Source of the DNA: Alkalilimnicola ehrlichii MLHE-1
Lineage (GTDB): Bacteria; Pseudomonadota; Gammaproteobacteria; Nitrococcales; Halorhodospiraceae
Direction: 5' to 3'
NCBI RefSeq assembly: GCF_000014785.1
Contig: NC_008340.1
Span: 2,700,001 to 2,732,000 of the forward strand
Length of the DNA: 32,000 nt
Shown: positions 1-8,115 of the stretch, in pieces
Numbering within the stretch: position 1 is the stretch's first letter
How the letters are laid out: each line of letters begins with the position of its first letter
Made by a program: the position numbers and the translations under genes
Notes under the pieces: generated by a model
The model's database searches: none
Seen by the model: the letters and a program-made list of their open reading frames with translations, nothing else
What the model was told of the DNA's origin: nothing

Positions 1-100
1 GCCCCCGGTAGCAGGGGGTCGGCGCCCCGCCGGCCACGGTGTACAGCGCAAACTTGATGCTGGAGGAACCTGCGTTGATGACGAGCAGGGCCTGGGTCAT
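1..100 (-). CDS. ackA: acetate (acyl) kinase, N-terminal fragment running off the window edge
   Basis: Reverse translation from the ATG at 98-100 gives MTQALLVINAGSSSIKFALYTVAGGAPTPCYRG. This is the N-terminal NxGSSSxK phosphate-binding motif of acetate/propionate/butyrate kinases. GGAGG lies about 7 nt upstream. It is downstream of a phosphotransacylase gene on the same strand. It is absent from the ORF track because it is truncated. Confidence 0.75.
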   Translation of the reverse strand, partial: MTQALLVINAGSSSIKFALYTVAGGAPTPCYRG

Positions 101-204
101 GGGGGGCCTCCGCGTGGTTCGTACTGTTTATGGTTGAATCGTCATTGTGACGGGCAAGGCGTTGAAGTGATAGGTACGCTGCTGCTCGCCATGATGTTAT
201 GGAT

Positions 205-880
205 TGCTTCGCTGCGCTCGCAATGACGGGGGTGGCACCTCCCCGGCCCTCTTGATGAACATGGCCAGACGCTGCGGGCGCCCCCTACCCTCACTGCGAG
301 CGCGGCCCCACCCCCACCGTCACTGCGAGGAGGCGAAGCCGACGTGGCAGTCTACCGCCCTGGATCGCCGCGGGCCTGCGGCCCTCGCGATGACGGTGGG
401 GGCGTATCCCCCGGCCCTCGCGATGACGGTGGGGCACCTCCCCCCGCCACTGCGAGGAGCGCAGCGACGTGGCAGTCCATGCGCTGCCTGGATCGCCGCG
501 GGCCTGCGGCCCTCGCGATGACGGTGGGGGCGTATCCCCCGGCCCTCGCGATGACGGTGGGGCACCTCCCCCGTCACTGCGAGGAGCGCAGCGACGTGGC
601 AGTCCATGCGCTGCCTGGATCGCCGCGGGCCTGCGGCCCTCGCGATGACGGTGGGGGCGTATCCCCCGGCCCTCGCGATGACGGTGGGGCACCTCCCCCG
701 TCACTGCGAGGAGCGCAGCGACGTGGCAGTCCATGCGCTGCCTGGATCGCCGCGGGCCTGCGGCCCTCGCGATGACGGTGGGGGCGTATCCCCCCGGCCC
801 TCGCGATGACGGTGGGGGCGTATCCCCCCGGCCTGCGCGATGACGGGGGGACGGCTCCCCCCGCCTAGCGATGACGGTCG
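205..880. repeat. Array of REP/MITE-like palindromic repeats, including about four tandem copies of a 127-128 bp unit
   Basis: The landmark tggatcgccgcgggcctgcggccctcgcgatgacgg recurs at 361, 489, 616 and 743 (periods 128, 127, 127). Units contain imperfect inverted repeats (cctcgcgatgacgg versus ccgtcactgcgagg) and G5/C5 hairpins. An inverted copy of the core (ggattgcttcgctgcgctcgcaatgacgg) lies at 212-240. The array fills the pta-ackA spacer and ends 12 nt from the pta stop codon. Confidence 0.9.
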
Positions 881-891
881 GCGGCCTTTCC

Positions 892-2301
892 TTAGAGATG
901 AGCCAGGCCCTTGCGCTTGCGTTCGGCCACCAGCAGGGCGATGGCGCAGGAGGCCAGGCGGGCCACTACGTCGTCGGCGCGGCTGGTCAGCACGATGGGC
1001 ACCTTGGCGCCCAGCACGATGCCGGCGGCCTCGGCGTCCGCCAGGTAGTAGAGCTGCTTGGCCACCATATTGCCCGACTCCAAGTCCGGCACCAGCAGGA
1101 TGTCCGCCTGCCCGGCCACCTCGGAGCGGATGCCCTTGGTGCGTGCGGCAGCGCGGGAGATGGCGTTGTCGAAGGCCAGCGGCCCGTCCAGCAGGCCACC
1201 ATGGATCTGCCCTCTGTCGGCCATCTTGCAAAGCGCGGCGGCATCCAGGGTGGACTGCAGATCGGGGTTGACCGACTCGGTGGCGGAGAGGATGGCGGCG
1301 CGCGGCTCCGGGTTGTCCAGGGCGTGGGCCAGTTCGATGGCGTTCTGCAGGATGTCGCGCTTGGCCAGCAGGCCGGGGTGGATGTTGATGGCCGCGTCGG
1401 TGACCAGCAGCGGGCGCGGGTAGGTGGGCACGTCCATGCAGTAGACATGGCTGACCCGCCGCTCGGTGCGCAGGCCGTCGCGCCGGACCACCGCGCCCAT
1501 GAGCTCGTCGGTGTGCAGCGAGCCCTTCATCAGGGCCTCCACGTCGCGGTTCTTGGCCATCGCCACGCCCTGCTCCGCCGACTGGTGGCTGTGCTCGGTG
1601 GCCACCAGTTTGAATTGGGAGATGTCCAGTTCCGCCTCCTCGGCGGTGGCACGGATGCGGTGCTCCGGCCCCACCAGGATGGGCACCAGCAGGTTGTGTT
1701 CGGCGGCCCGCACCACCCCCTCCAGCGACAGGGCGTCCACCGGGTGGACCACCGCCGTGAGGATGGGGTCCAGGTCGTGGGCCAGGTCCAGCAGGCGTTT
1801 GAGCTGGCGGCGCTGGCGCCCCTTGGTCTGCAGCTCGGCCTCTGCCGGAGAGATCTGGGTGTGCTCCCGGCTGAGCTTCTCGGTGGGCGCACGCACGATG
1901 TAGATACCGCGCAGCACGTCCTCGCCATGTTCGTTCACACACTGGCAATCGAGCATCACCTGGCGGTCGCCCTGCTTCTCGTGGACCCGCACGGTGACGG
2001 TGACCGTCTCGCCGATGCTGACCGGGCGCAGGTGGGTGAGGTGCTGATCAATGAACTCGGTGCCCGGCCCGGGCATCTCGGTGGTGACCAGGGTGGCCAC
2101 CAGCCCAGCGCCCCACATGCCGTTGGCGATGGCCTTGTGGTAGAGGTCGCTGCGGGCGGCATCGGCGTCCATGTGCTCGGGGTTGAGCCGGGCGGAGCCG
2201 CCGGCGAACAGCCGCAGGTCGTCTATGGTCAGGCGCCGGATCAGGGTCGCCTCGTCCCCGACCTGCAACTCGTCGTAGGTGTGGTTCTCGATCTGGCTCA
2301 T
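892..2301 (-). CDS. bifunctional MaoC-like enoyl-CoA hydratase / phosphate acetyl(butyryl)transferase (PTA_PTB domain)
   Basis: 469-aa ORF. The N-terminal ~150 aa look like a hot-dog MaoC dehydratase (LFAGGSARLNPEHMD, GMWGAGLVATLV). The C-terminal ~300 aa match phosphate acetyl/butyryl transferases (LMKGSLHTDELM, VTDAAINI, ILLVPDLESGNMVAKQL). It is adjacent to ackA. Confidence 0.85.
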   Translation of the reverse strand: MSQIENHTYDELQVGDEATLIRRLTIDDLRLFAGGSARLNPEHMDADAARSDLYHKAIANGMWGAGLVATLVTTEMPGPGTEFIDQHLTHLRPVSIGETVTVTVRVHEKQGDRQVMLDCQCVNEHGEDVLRGIYIVRAPTEKLSREHTQISPAEAELQTKGRQRRQLKRLLDLAHDLDPILTAVVHPVDALSLEGVVRAAEHNLLVPILVGPEHRIRATAEEAELDISQFKLVATEHSHQSAEQGVAMAKNRDVEALMKGSLHTDELMGAVVRRDGLRTERRVSHVYCMDVPTYPRPLLVTDAAINIHPGLLAKRDILQNAIELAHALDNPEPRAAILSATESVNPDLQSTLDAAALCKMADRGQIHGGLLDGPLAFDNAISRAAARTKGIRSEVAGQADILLVPDLESGNMVAKQLYYLADAEAAGIVLGAKVPIVLTSRADDVVARLASCAIALLVAERKRKGLAHL

Positions 2302-2340
2302 GGCGTCGGTTGGGCCCTTATCAAGTGGGAATGTCCGCGG

Positions 2341-3117
2341 TCAGCCGGTGACGTGGTAGCCGCCGTCCACCGGGATGAGGGTGCCAGTAAGGGTACGGGC
2401 CTGGTCGCTGACCAGCAGTGCGGCCAGCGCACCCACATCGCCCGGCTCGGCCAGGCAGCGCAGCGGTGAGCGACTGCGCGCGGTCTCCATGAGGTGGTCA
2501 AAGCCGGCCAGACCGGAGGCGGCGCGGGTGTCCATGGGGCCCGGCGACAGGCCATGCACGCGGATGCCCTTGCCGCCCAGCTCGTCCGCCAGGTAGCGGA
2601 CGCTGCACTCCAGCGCCGCCTTGGCCGGGCCCATCAGCTGGTAGCCGGGGATGACCTTCTCGGCCCCGTAATAGCTCATGGTGAGCAGGGTCCCGCCCTG
2701 GTCCATCAGCGGCTCGGCCAGGCGCGCCATGCGAATGAAGGAATGGCAGGAGACGTCCATGGCGGTGAGAAAGCCGTCCACGGATGAGTCGGTGAGCCGG
2801 CCGTGCAGGTCCCGCAGGGGCGCGAAGGCAATGGAGTGGACCACGAAATCCAGCCGGCCCCACTGCGCCTCGATGGCCTGGAACACGGCCCCCAGCTCGC
2901 CCTCCTGCTGCACATTGCAAGGCATAACGATGGGCGCCTGCAGTTCCTCGGCCAACGGCCGGACGTGCTTCTCCGCCTTTTCATTCAGGTAGGTGACCGC
3001 CAGCTCAGCGCCCAGCTCCCGGAAGGCCCGCCCGCAGTGGTAGGCGATGCTCTGGTCGTTGGCGATACCGACCACCAGGCCTTTTTTGCCGGCCAGGGAC
3101 AGGAACGGCTGCGTCAT
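2341..3117 (-). CDS. fabI: enoyl-[acyl-carrier-protein] reductase (NADH), FabI family SDR
   Basis: 258 aa. The N-terminus GKKGLVVGIANDQSIAYHCGRAF is the FabI-type dinucleotide fold. SYYGAEKVIPGYQLMGPAKAALE carries the Y-x6-K active site. ISPGPMDT-like SPGPMDTRAASG and the C-terminal VDGGYH are present. Confidence 0.9.
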   Translation of the reverse strand: MTQPFLSLAGKKGLVVGIANDQSIAYHCGRAFRELGAELAVTYLNEKAEKHVRPLAEELQAPIVMPCNVQQEGELGAVFQAIEAQWGRLDFVVHSIAFAPLRDLHGRLTDSSVDGFLTAMDVSCHSFIRMARLAEPLMDQGGTLLTMSYYGAEKVIPGYQLMGPAKAALECSVRYLADELGGKGIRVHGLSPGPMDTRAASGLAGFDHLMETARSRSPLRCLAEPGDVGALAALLVSDQARTLTGTLIPVDGGYHVTG

Positions 3118-3135
3118 AGGGGAATCTCCTGTGGG

Positions 3136-4893
3136 TCAGTCCATAAGGACGTATTTGCCGGGGGCGTTGCGCTGCGGCCGGTAGCCGCGCACGTCGGCGC
3201 CCATCTGCGGCGGCTTGCCCTTGTTGCCCGAATGCCGCGCCAGCCAGCGGTGCCACTCCGGCCACCAGGAGCCCTGTTTGCTGGGCACCTCGGCCAGGAA
3301 GTCATCCGGCGCCAGGTAGGGGTCCTGCACCTTGCGGCAGTGGACCTGATAGGTGCGCCGCGGGTGGCCCGGCGGGGTGACGATGCCAGCGTTGTGGCCG
3401 CCGGTGGTGAGGGCAAAGGTGACGTCCGTGCGGGCCAGCCGGTTGATCTTGTAGACCGACTTCCAGGGTGCGATGTGGTCCTTGGTGGTGCCCACGGCGA
3501 AGATGGGGGTGCGCACGTCCCAGAGGTGGATAGGCTGGCCGTCTACGTCGTAGCGCTCCTCCACGAAGTCGTTGTTGAGGAAGAGCTGGCGCAGGTACTC
3601 ACTGTGCATGCGGTAGGGCAGCCGGGTGGTGTCGGCGTTCCAAGCCATCAGGTCGATCATCTCGCTGCGCTCGCCCATGAGGTACTCACGGACCATACGC
3701 GACCAGATCAGGTCCTTGGAGCGCAGCAACTGAAAGGCGCCGGCCATCTGGTCCGAGCTCAGGTAGCCGGCATGCCACATCATGTCCTCCAGGAAGGTGA
3801 CCTGGCTGTCGTCGATAAACAGGTCCAGCTCGCCCGGCTCGGTGAAGTCACACTGGGCAGCAAAGCACGTCAGGCTGGCCAGGCGGTCGTCGCCCTCGCG
3901 CGCCATGGCGGCCGCCGCGAGCATGAGCAGGGTCCCGCCCAGGCAGTAGCCGGCGGCATGCACCTTCTGCTCCGGTACGATGGTGTTCACCGCCTTGAGG
4001 GCATCCATGATGCCCATCTTGCGGTAATCCTCCATGCCCAGATCGCTGTCGTCGGCGGAGGGGTTCTTCCACGACATCATGAACACCGTGTGGCCCTGGT
4101 TGACCAGGTACTCCACCAATGACTTGCCCGGGCGCAGGTCGAGGATGTAGTACTTCATGATCCACGCCGGCACGATGAGCACCGGCTCCGGGTGGACCCG
4201 ATCGGTGGCCGGTTCGTACTGGATCAGCTCGATCAGCCGGTTGCTGTAAACCACCTTGCCCGGGGTGAGCGCCAGGTTCTCGCCCACCTTCCACTTCTCC
4301 ATGCCGGCGGGGGGCTCGCCCTGGATTCGCCGGGCGGTGTCGTCCCACCAGTTGCGCAGGCCGCGATAGAGGTTGGCACCCCCCTCCTTGGCGGTGGTCT
4401 CCATCAGTTCCGGGTTGGTCCAGAAGTAGTTGGAGGGCGAATAGATGTCGAGGATCTGGCGGCCGAGGAAGTTGACCACGTCCTCATGGTGGGTCTCCAC
4501 GCCGCGGATGTCGGTGGTGGCCACGTGCCACCACTGCTGGGTGAGCAGGAAGCCCTGGTACCAGACGTTGAATGGCCAGCGCTGCCACTGGGACGCATTG
4601 AAGCGGGTGTCCTGGGGCAACGGCTCGATACAGGGCGGGTGGCGCTCGGCGCCGTTGGCCGCGCAGCGCATGGCGTAGAGCGACAGTCGGGTGGCCTTGC
4701 GCCAGGCCTTCTCCACCAGTTCCGTTTGGCGGCCCGGCGAGATACCCATGTGAATGGCCCAGTCGACATAGGCCAGCCCCAGGGAGGCCGGGGAGAGACC
4801 ACCGGTGACCCGCCCCATGCCGGCGTGCAACAGCCGGTCGATGGGGTGAGCGCCGCGACCGGTATCAACACGTTCGACTTTATCGTGGGTCAT
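3136..4893 (-). CDS. phaC: class I poly(3-hydroxyalkanoate) synthase
   Basis: 585 aa. Lipase-box GYCLGG (HAAGYCLGGTLL) is present. There are long conserved PhaC blocks (WKNPSADD, DLIWSRMVREYLMGE, MAWNADTTRLPYRMHSEYLRQLFLNN, AVGTTKDHIAPW). Confidence 0.92.
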   Translation of the reverse strand: MTHDKVERVDTGRGAHPIDRLLHAGMGRVTGGLSPASLGLAYVDWAIHMGISPGRQTELVEKAWRKATRLSLYAMRCAANGAERHPPCIEPLPQDTRFNASQWQRWPFNVWYQGFLLTQQWWHVATTDIRGVETHHEDVVNFLGRQILDIYSPSNYFWTNPELMETTAKEGGANLYRGLRNWWDDTARRIQGEPPAGMEKWKVGENLALTPGKVVYSNRLIELIQYEPATDRVHPEPVLIVPAWIMKYYILDLRPGKSLVEYLVNQGHTVFMMSWKNPSADDSDLGMEDYRKMGIMDALKAVNTIVPEQKVHAAGYCLGGTLLMLAAAAMAREGDDRLASLTCFAAQCDFTEPGELDLFIDDSQVTFLEDMMWHAGYLSSDQMAGAFQLLRSKDLIWSRMVREYLMGERSEMIDLMAWNADTTRLPYRMHSEYLRQLFLNNDFVEERYDVDGQPIHLWDVRTPIFAVGTTKDHIAPWKSVYKINRLARTDVTFALTTGGHNAGIVTPPGHPRRTYQVHCRKVQDPYLAPDDFLAEVPSKQGSWWPEWHRWLARHSGNKGKPPQMGADVRGYRPQRNAPGKYVLMD

Positions 4894-4977
4894 GGCTGAA
4901 TCCCCTGCTCTCTGCTCGCCAAAGGCTTATACACTAAGGATGTTGCAGCGCAGCGGTTGTTGCAAGGGGCAGAATGA

Positions 4978-5841
4978 TTACGGCCGGTCGCGCTCGCCTT
5001 CATCCGGGCCTACCACCCGCACCGGGAAGGGATCGGTGACACTGCCGGCGTACAGGGTGCGGTGGGGGAAGGGGATCTCGATGCCCTCGCGGTCGAAGGC
5101 CTCCTTGATCTCGATCTGGAGGCTGTTGCGCATCTCCAGGAAGTTCTCGCGTTGGGCCCATACGTTGTATTGCAGGTTCAGCGCCGAGTCGCCGAAGCCC
5201 AGGAACAGGAACTGCGGCTTGGGCTCTTCCAGGCAGAGCGGATTGGCGCTGGCCACCTCCTCCAGTACCCGGCGCACGCGCTTGATGTCCTCCTTGTAGG
5301 CGACGCCGATCTGCAGATCGAGCCGGCGGATGGGGAAGCGCGACAGGTTCGTCATCTCGGTCTTGATCAGGGTCTCGTTGGGCAGGCGCACGAACAGGTT
5401 GTCGAAGGTGCGCAGTTTGACCGAGAGCAGGTCGATGGAGATAACCTCGCCAATGGTGGTGCCCACGCGGATGGTGTCGCCCACCGAGAAGGGACGTTCC
5501 CAGACCAGGAACAGGCCGCTGATGAGGTTGGAGGCGGAGGTCTGGGAGGCGAAGCCGATGGCCACCGAGATGATGCCGGCGGCGCCGAGCAGGACGCCCA
5601 GCTTGAAGCCCATCTGGTGCAAGGCGGAGGTGAAGGCGAGCACCAGGATGCCGTAGAAGATCACCCGGCGCAGGATGAGCCCCAGGTGGCGGTCCAGGTG
5701 GGTGGTGGGGATGCGCCCCACCAGGCCGGCGAGCACCCGCCCGAGCAGGAAACCGCCGACGAGGATGAGCGCCGCGCGCACCATGGCGCCACCGAGCCCG
5801 GCGGTGAAGAACTGGACGATGGCGTTAAACCAGGCTTCCAT
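4978..5841 (-). CDS. mechanosensitive ion channel, MscS family
   Basis: 287 aa. Three N-terminal TM helices are followed by the MscS beta-domain signature (FSVGDTIRVGTTIGEVISIDLLSVKLRTFDNLFVRLPNETL). Confidence 0.85.
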   Translation of the reverse strand: MEAWFNAIVQFFTAGLGGAMVRAALILVGGFLLGRVLAGLVGRIPTTHLDRHLGLILRRVIFYGILVLAFTSALHQMGFKLGVLLGAAGIISVAIGFASQTSASNLISGLFLVWERPFSVGDTIRVGTTIGEVISIDLLSVKLRTFDNLFVRLPNETLIKTEMTNLSRFPIRRLDLQIGVAYKEDIKRVRRVLEEVASANPLCLEEPKPQFLFLGFGDSALNLQYNVWAQRENFLEMRNSLQIEIKEAFDREGIEIPFPHRTLYAGSVTDPFPVRVVGPDEGERDRP

Positions 5842-5894
5842 GGTGCCCCCTCACGGAAAGACTGCAAAGAACGTTATTGTGCGGCTGAATGGGC

Positions 5895-6510
5895 CATCAT
5901 TGCGAGGTTCCACACACCGGCGCTGTGAAGTGGCACACCGTCACGGCGAACCCCGAAGGGGCGCGGCAGTCCAGGCGGCGGGTGGATCGCCGCGTCGCTG
6001 CGCTCCTCGCGATGACGGGGGGTGGTGGTGCCCCCACCGTCACGGCGAGCCCTGAAGGGGCGTGGCAGTCCAGGCGGCGGGTGGATCGCCGCGTCGCTGC
6101 GCTCCTCGCGATGACGGGGGGTGGTGGTGCCCCCACCGTCACGGCGGGAAGGGCCGCGCCCCCACCGTCACGGCGAGGAGGGCCGCGCCCCCGCCGTCAC
6201 TGCGAGGAGGCGAAGCCGACGTGGCAGTCTACCGCCCTGGATCGCCGCGGGCCTTCGGCCCTCGCGATGACGGGTGGGGCGCCCCCCTCGCGATGACGAC
6301 CGAAAACCCGCAGCCCTCGCCATGGCAGCCCCGCTGTTCTTCCCTGATTCGGGCCCGCGCAGCGGGGCGGGGGGCTCGCGATGACGGGGGAGGGGGTGGT
6401 GGTGGGCACCTCACGATGACGGGGCGTGGGGGCGCCCCCACCGTCACGGCGAGGAGGGCCGCGCCCCCGCCGTCACTGCGAGGAGCGAAGCGACGTGGCA
6501 GTCTCCCGCC
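5895..6510. repeat. Second array of the same REP/MITE-like repeat family, including 2 tandem 99-bp units
   Basis: caccgtcacggcg recurs at 5936, 6035 and 6134 (period 99). Positions 6194-6273 match 317-396 of the first array at 79 of 80 nt. Further copies of gtcactgcgaggagcgaagcgacgtggcagtc and ctcgcgatgacgg follow up to about 6506, 5 nt from the stop of the 6512-7330 gene. Confidence 0.9.
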
Positions 6511-6511
6511 C

Positions 6512-7330
6512 TCAGCCGCGTAGTAATTGGGTGAAGGCGCGGAAGGCGGTGTGTTGGCGGCCGCTTTGGCGGGGGGCGCTGAGTCGGGTGCCGCCGTGGC
6601 ATTCCCGCGGGGGTTGGTCGGTGAAGCGCAGTTCGGCCAGGTCGCCGTCGGCGCGGCGGGTCAGCCCCACCTCCGGCGTCCACAGGTGGTCATCCTGGTC
6701 CGCGTACAGCGGCAGCCAGGGCATGGGCACGTTCAGCCGGTCCAGGGTCAGCGGGTCGGCGGCCTGGTTGCGGATCTGCACCGGGGTGATGACCCGGGCG
6801 GGGGAGCGTGCCTGCTCGGCCAAGGTGAGCCGGAAGCGGCTGCGGGTGGCGTAGCAGATCTCCCCCTCCATGTTCGAGGGGCCGAACCAGGTGTCGGAGG
6901 GGCGGTAGCTGGGTTGCTCCAGCATCCGGTGCTGCCTCTCGCCCAGGGTCACCCGCACCCAGACTGGCGTGGAGACGTACACCCGCACCGCCTCGCCACC
7001 GGGCACGGAGACCGGGCTCACCGGCCGCGAGACCACCGCACGGTCGGCGGGGAGCAGCTCCAGGTGGATGCGGGACTCGGGGGTAGCGAGCACCACCCGG
7101 TGCAGTTGTTCGCCCTCCGGGATCAGGGCCGGGTCGTCGCTGTGCACCATTTCGAGGCGGTCGAGCCAGGGGTCCGGGTCCTGCTCGCGCAGCAGCCGCC
7201 ACTCGTTTAGGCCGTGGTGCACGCGCAATCGCATGGGCCCCACCAGCCACTGGCGGGTGAAGCCCTGGGCGATGTTGAAGTCGCCGTACCAGCGGGCAAC
7301 CCGACCGCCCGCCGCCTGACTGCCACTCAT
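6512..7330 (-). CDS. hypothetical cytoplasmic protein, translationally coupled to gspN
   Basis: 272-aa ORF with no signal peptide or TM segment. Its ATG (7328-7330) overlaps the gspN TGA (7327-7329) as ATGA. Codon usage looks like its neighbours. I recognise no domain. Confidence 0.6.
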   Translation of the reverse strand: MSGSQAAGGRVARWYGDFNIAQGFTRQWLVGPMRLRVHHGLNEWRLLREQDPDPWLDRLEMVHSDDPALIPEGEQLHRVVLATPESRIHLELLPADRAVVSRPVSPVSVPGGEAVRVYVSTPVWVRVTLGERQHRMLEQPSYRPSDTWFGPSNMEGEICYATRSRFRLTLAEQARSPARVITPVQIRNQAADPLTLDRLNVPMPWLPLYADQDDHLWTPEVGLTRRADGDLAELRFTDQPPRECHGGTRLSAPRQSGRQHTAFRAFTQLLRG

Positions 7331-8115
7331 GGTGTGAACCTGCCCTCCAGACGGATCGGGTAAAGCCCGTCGCCGTCCGGCCGGCCGAGCATCCCCAGGG
7401 CCTGGCGCAGTTCACCCGGGGCCTGCTCGCTGTGCCCCACCCGACCCTCCAGGCGCCAGCGCAGCGCGGGGTCGACGCTGACCCGGGCGTCCAGGCGCAG
7501 GGGGCCGCCGTGGTCCTGCAGCTGGCCCTCCAGCTGGCCGTCGGCGCCGGTGAAATTGCCGGACAGATCCCCCAGCGGCAGGGCCATGGGCGCCTGCACC
7601 GCCGCTGCGTGCCACAGCAGGCGGCCGTCCAGCGAGGCCACCCGCCCGTCCGGCTCGAGCCGGGCGGCGTCCAGCCGGCCGCGGAAGGTGCCGTCCAGCG
7701 CCACCGGCCCCATGGCCGCATCGCCCACCCAGTGGCGCAGCCGCGCGGCCTCCAGGCGCAGCCTGACGTCGCGCAGCTCGACCCCACCGTCCGGCGCGAC
7801 CAGCGCCCGGCCCTCGATGTCGGCCCCCGCCTCGCGGAGGTGGAAGCGCAGATCGGCCTGCCCGCGCAGCAGACCACCCGGCTGCACGGTCCAGCTCAAC
7901 CGCTGCGCCTCATAGTGTTGCCAGGCGGGTTGTTCCAGGGTGCCGGACCAGACGGAGCCGGACGCCCCCGCCCAGCCGGCCTCGGGGGGCAACCAGCCCT
8001 GGCGCTCACCCAGTGCCAGGGCGGCGCCGGCGGGCCAGTACCCGATCAGGAAGGCGCCCCAGGCGAGCAGCGCCAGCAGGAACCAGCCGGTGTAACCGAG
8101 CAGCCACCGCCTCAT
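7327..8115 (-). CDS. gspN: type II secretion system protein N
   Basis: I chose the internal ATG at 8113-8115 (MRRWLLGYTGWFLLALLAWGAF, single N-terminal TM). It overlaps the gspM stop as ATGA. Size (262 aa) and position after gspM fit GspN. The Arg/Pro-rich extension in the track ORF is rejected. Confidence 0.7.
   Translation of the reverse strand: MRRWLLGYTGWFLLALLAWGAFLIGYWPAGAALALGERQGWLPPEAGWAGASGSVWSGTLEQPAWQHYEAQRLSWTVQPGGLLRGQADLRFHLREAGADIEGRALVAPDGGVELRDVRLRLEAARLRHWVGDAAMGPVALDGTFRGRLDAARLEPDGRVASLDGRLLWHAAAVQAPMALPLGDLSGNFTGADGQLEGQLQDHGGPLRLDARVSVDPALRWRLEGRVGHSEQAPGELRQALGMLGRPDGDGLYPIRLEGRFTP

Noticed and set aside
204-809. Track ORFs lying entirely in the repeat arrays (204..521, 291..734, 320..607, 344..775, 606..809; likewise 5889..6296, 5897..6142, 6062..6523, 6197..6409, 6229..6447 in the second array)
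   Set aside because: They are open on both strands and in several frames only because of the GC-rich repeats. The peptides are repetitive Arg/Pro/Gly strings with no start-site signals.
205-880. Possible CRISPR array (regular ~127-bp periodicity with palindromic cores); the same question applies to 5895-6510
   Set aside because: The repeat units abut each other with no unique spacers. The period is far longer than a CRISPR repeat plus spacer with conserved 25-40 bp repeats. There are no cas genes in the window. The structure fits REP/MITE-like tandem repeats.
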